A stretch of DNA of 64,000 nucleotides, taken from contig JAGHDO010000068.1 in assembly GCA_021159885.1 (NCBI GenBank), positions 16,118 to 80,117 on the forward strand, given 5' to 3'. The stretch is from Synergistota bacterium (GTDB taxonomy: Bacteria; Synergistota; GBS-1). The notes under the pieces were generated by a model that saw only the letters and a program-made list of their open reading frames with translations, was not told the origin of the DNA and did not search any database. A program made the translations under genes and the position numbers. Each line of letters opens with the position of its first letter. Positions within the stretch are counted from its first letter, which is position 1. Below are positions 61,092 through 64,000 of the stretch, one piece after another.

Positions 61092-62189
61092 TTAAAGCCT
61101 CTTGGCTATCTCCTCCGCCATCTTGAGGGTGGAAACAGCTTTGCTCTCGTCCTCACCTTTATCCCTGAGAATATCGTAAGTAACGTATTTGCCCTCTTCA
61201 AGCACCGATATTATAGCGCTTTCAAGTCTCTTAGCGTAATCTTCGAGATCAAGGTACTCAAGGAGCATCTTGGCAGCCATAAGCATCGCCGTGGGATTTA
61301 TCTTATACTGACCAGCATATTTAGGAGCAGATCCGTGAGTAGGCTCAAAGAGCGCATAATTATCCCCTATGTTTCCGGAAGCGACTACGCCCATACCTCC
61401 AACGAGCTGAGCGCACTCATCGGAGAGAATATCTCCAAACATGTTCGTTGTCACTATAACATCATAATTCTGCGGATTCTTGACAAGCCACATGGCAGTC
61501 GCATCCACGTTCTCTTTGTTCCACTCTATATCTGGATAATCCTTAGCTACCTCCTCAGCTGCCTCGATAAACATTCCACCAGTCAGTCTTATAACATTAG
61601 GTTTCTCTACAACGGTTACCTTCTTACGCCCGTTCTCCTTTGCATAGTTAAAAGCAGCTCTGATTATCCTCTCGCATCCTTCCCATGTGAATACTCTCAA
61701 GCTTCCTGCCACTTCCTTTTTACCCCTAAATCTCTCCATATTAGGATGAAGCTTATATATCTCCTCAGGGATCGGTCTCCACTCAACCGCAGCATAAAGC
61801 CCCTCAGTATTTTCCCTGAAAAGAACTATATCTATATCAGGCCTGTGAGCGGGAACGCCCGGAAGCGTCTTAAATGGGCGAAGATTAACGTAAAGATCAA
61901 ACTTCTGACGTATCTGAAGTATAGCAGACTTAAAGCCCTTAACACCAGGCTTGCTGGTTATGGCAGCTAAAAGAGCAGCATCGCTATTCTCGAGAGCTTC
62001 CCAAGTTTGCGGGGGAACAGTATCTCCATATTTTTCCCACATGCACCAACCGGCGTCTGCCCTTACCCATTCGATCGGGGGCTTAAGCTCCTCCATAACC
62101 AGCATGCAGGCTTCCATGACATCATGACCGGAATCGTCTCCGGGAATATAAACGACCTTGTACTTATCTTTCTTCTCCTTGACTTTCAT
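61092..62189 (-). CDS. isocitrate / isopropylmalate dehydrogenase family oxidative decarboxylase
   Basis: NMFGDILSDE signature and LYVNLRP. Substrate specificity is not determinable from sequence by eye. Confidence 0.75.
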   Translation of the reverse strand: MKVKEKKDKYKVVYIPGDDSGHDVMEACMLVMEELKPPIEWVRADAGWCMWEKYGDTVPPQTWEALENSDAALLAAITSKPGVKGFKSAILQIRQKFDLYVNLRPFKTLPGVPAHRPDIDIVLFRENTEGLYAAVEWRPIPEEIYKLHPNMERFRGKKEVAGSLRVFTWEGCERIIRAAFNYAKENGRKKVTVVEKPNVIRLTGGMFIEAAEEVAKDYPDIEWNKENVDATAMWLVKNPQNYDVIVTTNMFGDILSDECAQLVGGMGVVASGNIGDNYALFEPTHGSAPKYAGQYKINPTAMLMAAKMLLEYLDLEDYAKRLESAIISVLEEGKYVTYDILRDKGEDESKAVSTLKMAEEIAKRL

Positions 62190-62266
62190 TCTTCCATCCC
62201 TCCCTTATAACTATTGTTCCCTTTGTTCCGAATTATACCATAGGCTTACGACATAAAGAAGGGTGC

Positions 62267-62295
62267 TTTCGATTTTTGGATTATTGTGATATAAT
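62267..62295 (+). promoter_or_regulatory. putative rpmB promoter with extended -10
   Basis: TGATATAAT extended -10 at 62287-62295, a weak TTTCGA -35, then RBS GGGAGGTG and ATG at 62320. Confidence 0.4.
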
Positions 62296-62319
62296 CCCCC
62301 CTCGGGAGGTGAAGAACGA

Positions 62320-62511
62320 ATGGCAAGAAGATGCGAGATATGCGGGAAGGGACCAACAACTGGATACAGGGTCAGCCACTCTAACAGGCACACAAAGAGA
62401 AGGTGGCTACCTAACATCCAAGAGGTAAGAGCCATCGTAGATGGAAAGGTTAAGAGAATAAAGGTATGTACCCGCTGTCTCAAGAGCGGTAGAGTCATTC
62501 GAGCTATATAA
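62320..62511 (+). CDS. rpmB: 50S ribosomal protein L28
   Basis: MARRCEICGKGPTTGYRVSHSNRHTKRRWLPNIQ matches the L28 consensus. Confidence 0.9.
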   Translation: MARRCEICGKGPTTGYRVSHSNRHTKRRWLPNIQEVRAIVDGKVKRIKVCTRCLKSGRVIRAI

Positions 62512-63709
62512 GAGTTATAATTAGCGCGATACCAACCACCGTGGCGACAGCGGGAAATACTTCCTTATAGACTTCAAACCATGTAACTTTATAGTACTCC
62601 TTAGTGGTTATAAGGCAAAGATGAAAGGGAGACAATAGGTGTCCGGAATAACCGCTTACAAATGTCCACGCAGCGAGCTTGAGATCCACGGGACTTCCCA
62701 TAAGGGGAGCCAAAACGGAGAAAGATATCGCCACTCCTGCGGTAGTCATCCCGGTCATGAATGATATTAGAAACGGGAAGAAAAATAGAGAGAAAAGAAG
62801 CGGAACATCGGCTCCCTTAAGCATATTCGGAACAACATAAACTGCATTGCTCACCTTGAGCATACTCTGAAAGTAGTATATGACGAATACCGCCAGTGGT
62901 AGATTAAGCTCCACAGAGGAGTTAAAGATTTGCTTTACCCTGCTTAATGAAAGTCGCTCAGAAATTATCTCTCCAACCACTGCGATCAAAAGAAGAATAA
63001 CTATATTTATTCTGAAAACCAGAAAGCCAAAAAGCACGAGAAGTATAGGCCAAATAGTCTTAGCGAGATTTAAGAGCTTAACAGGCGTTAGAGAGAAGCT
63101 TTCTCTAACAATAGGTCGCGGAAACCTAAACCAGCTGAAGATCATGCCCAGAGCTATGGCAATAAAAATAAAAAACCATTGATGGGAAGCCACGGAAATA
63201 AGAGAAACTCCTAAAAGCGAAGCCTCAAGAATGACAGAAGGATAAACCGGGAGTGAAAACTCCCAAACATGCCTGAACCAATAATTTATGAAGTGCCTTA
63301 AGCCGGAGGGGATGGTTAAATCCTCTCCGATTTTATCCGTTAAGGACGCGGTGAAAAGCGCCCCTGCAGGCATAGGGAGAAAACCCACTATCATGGGGGG
63401 GAAAAATATTACCGCTCTTTTATCCCCTATGATGTCTGAAAGTCTCTGCACCATACGCTGAAGAGCCCCTGTATCACGTAAAAGCCCATTAAGAAAGAGA
63501 ACGAGTATAACTATGCTTATTATCTTCCAAACTACGGCACTACCTGCGGTAAGCTCAAAGGCTTTCCAGAAACCAGAAGCTCCCACATTGAACAAGATCC
63601 CGAGAACGAAAGCTCCCAGAGCCACCGTCAAAGCAAGATTTACCCTCCTGAAAAGCAAAACTATGAGCAAAACCAGAACCGCAAGCAGCTTTAATCCCTC
63701 CATGTTCAA
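62504..63709 (-). CDS. polytopic membrane protein of unknown function (possibly DUF401 family)
   Basis: 401 aa with about 10 hydrophobic helices and no catalytic motif I recognise. Confidence 0.45.
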   Translation of the reverse strand: MNMEGLKLLAVLVLLIVLLFRRVNLALTVALGAFVLGILFNVGASGFWKAFELTAGSAVVWKIISIVILVLFLNGLLRDTGALQRMVQRLSDIIGDKRAVIFFPPMIVGFLPMPAGALFTASLTDKIGEDLTIPSGLRHFINYWFRHVWEFSLPVYPSVILEASLLGVSLISVASHQWFFIFIAIALGMIFSWFRFPRPIVRESFSLTPVKLLNLAKTIWPILLVLFGFLVFRINIVILLLIAVVGEIISERLSLSRVKQIFNSSVELNLPLAVFVIYYFQSMLKVSNAVYVVPNMLKGADVPLLFSLFFFPFLISFMTGMTTAGVAISFSVLAPLMGSPVDLKLAAWTFVSGYSGHLLSPFHLCLITTKEYYKVTWFEVYKEVFPAVATVVGIALIITLI

Positions 63710-64000
63710 GAAAACACCTCCCGCTTAGAAGCGATTTTAAGATTCAAAGAGCGGTAAAAATCCCTTAGGAATGCCTCCGCCTCGACCTCCCCGCGCTCTA
63801 TATCATCAAGCTTCCTTTCCATATCTGCGGTAAACTCGGGTGAAAGCATTTCCTCGCCCAAAACCCGCTGAAGCGCCTCACAAACTTTGAAACCAAGCTC
63901 CGTTGGAACGAGGGTTCTCCTGCTCTTACCCACATACCTCCTCTTCAATAAAGTTGATATTATAGTGGCGTAAGTTGAGGGTCTACCCACCCCTTTCTTC
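63706..64000 (-). CDS. type IA DNA topoisomerase, C-terminal end (topoisomerase I or reverse gyrase; continues beyond the window)
   Basis: GRPSTYATIISTL topo-IA motif followed by an FTADMERKLDDIERGE-type end of the core domain. The reading frame is open to the window edge. Confidence 0.6.
   Translation of the reverse strand, partial: KKGVGRPSTYATIISTLLKRRYVGKSRRTLVPTELGFKVCEALQRVLGEEMLSPEFTADMERKLDDIERGEVEAEAFLRDFYRSLNLKIASKREVFS

Overview
64-kb chromosomal window that looks like a thermophilic bacterium. The K/E/R-rich proteins, AGG/AGA arginine codons and gene content (di-myo-inositol-phosphate synthesis, gdh-kor, GlpP, archaeal-type GlpA trio) suggest Thermotogae; that is inference, not shown. 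About 60 protein genes lie almost all on the minus strand in tightly packed, often overlapping units. I found two tRNAs (Gln-TTG, Ala-GGC), and no rRNA, CRISPR, transposase or integrase. Gene starts in the supplied ORF track are maximal extensions that include TTG/GTG. Where I could check them (glyQ, panD, HAD, MIPS, IPCT/DIPPS) the true start is further downstream. Other starts are approximate.

- 1-23 kb: a conserved housekeeping synteny block. It runs ppdK fragment, PSRP, glyS, glyQ, recO, mgtE, era, cdd, DUF881, DUF502, CorC-like, ybeY, pgpH, phoH, NifU-like, an OadA-type carboxyltransferase, mazG, mfd, pth, rplY, prs, glmU.
- 23-29.7 kb: tRNA-Gln, panD, panC, two HD-GYP phosphodiesterases flanking a PseG/SpsG-like glycosyltransferase, dcd, and a hypothetical gene.
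- 29.7-33.4 kb: tRNA-Ala with a consensus promoter and terminator, next to an AT-richer 1159-aa secreted FG-GAP-like protein that ends in a tripartite sorting-signal-like tail.
- 33.5-36.6 kb: a HAD hydrolase, then myo-inositol-1-phosphate synthase and the bifunctional IPCT/DIPPS enzyme (di-myo-inositol-phosphate osmolyte pathway).
- 36.8-47.6 kb: a glycerol/dihydroxyacetone locus. It holds glpK, a GlpA-like G3P dehydrogenase, a GlpB-like oxidoreductase and DUF1667 on the plus strand, convergent with glpF, dhaK, dhaL, an EIIA-HPr-EnzymeI DhaM fusion and glpP on the minus strand.
- Both the glpK and glpF operons are preceded by paralogous promoter-leader-terminator elements of about 110 nt. These are the most interesting non-coding signal in the window.
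- 47.6-64 kb: nth, a secreted tandem-repeat protein, gdhA, korDABC, a five-gene ABC / ABC-2 / GldG-like / DUF4340 / large-lipoprotein operon, a PF04008-like gene, an IDH-family dehydrogenase, rpmB, a DUF401-like membrane protein, and the C-terminus of a type IA topoisomerase.
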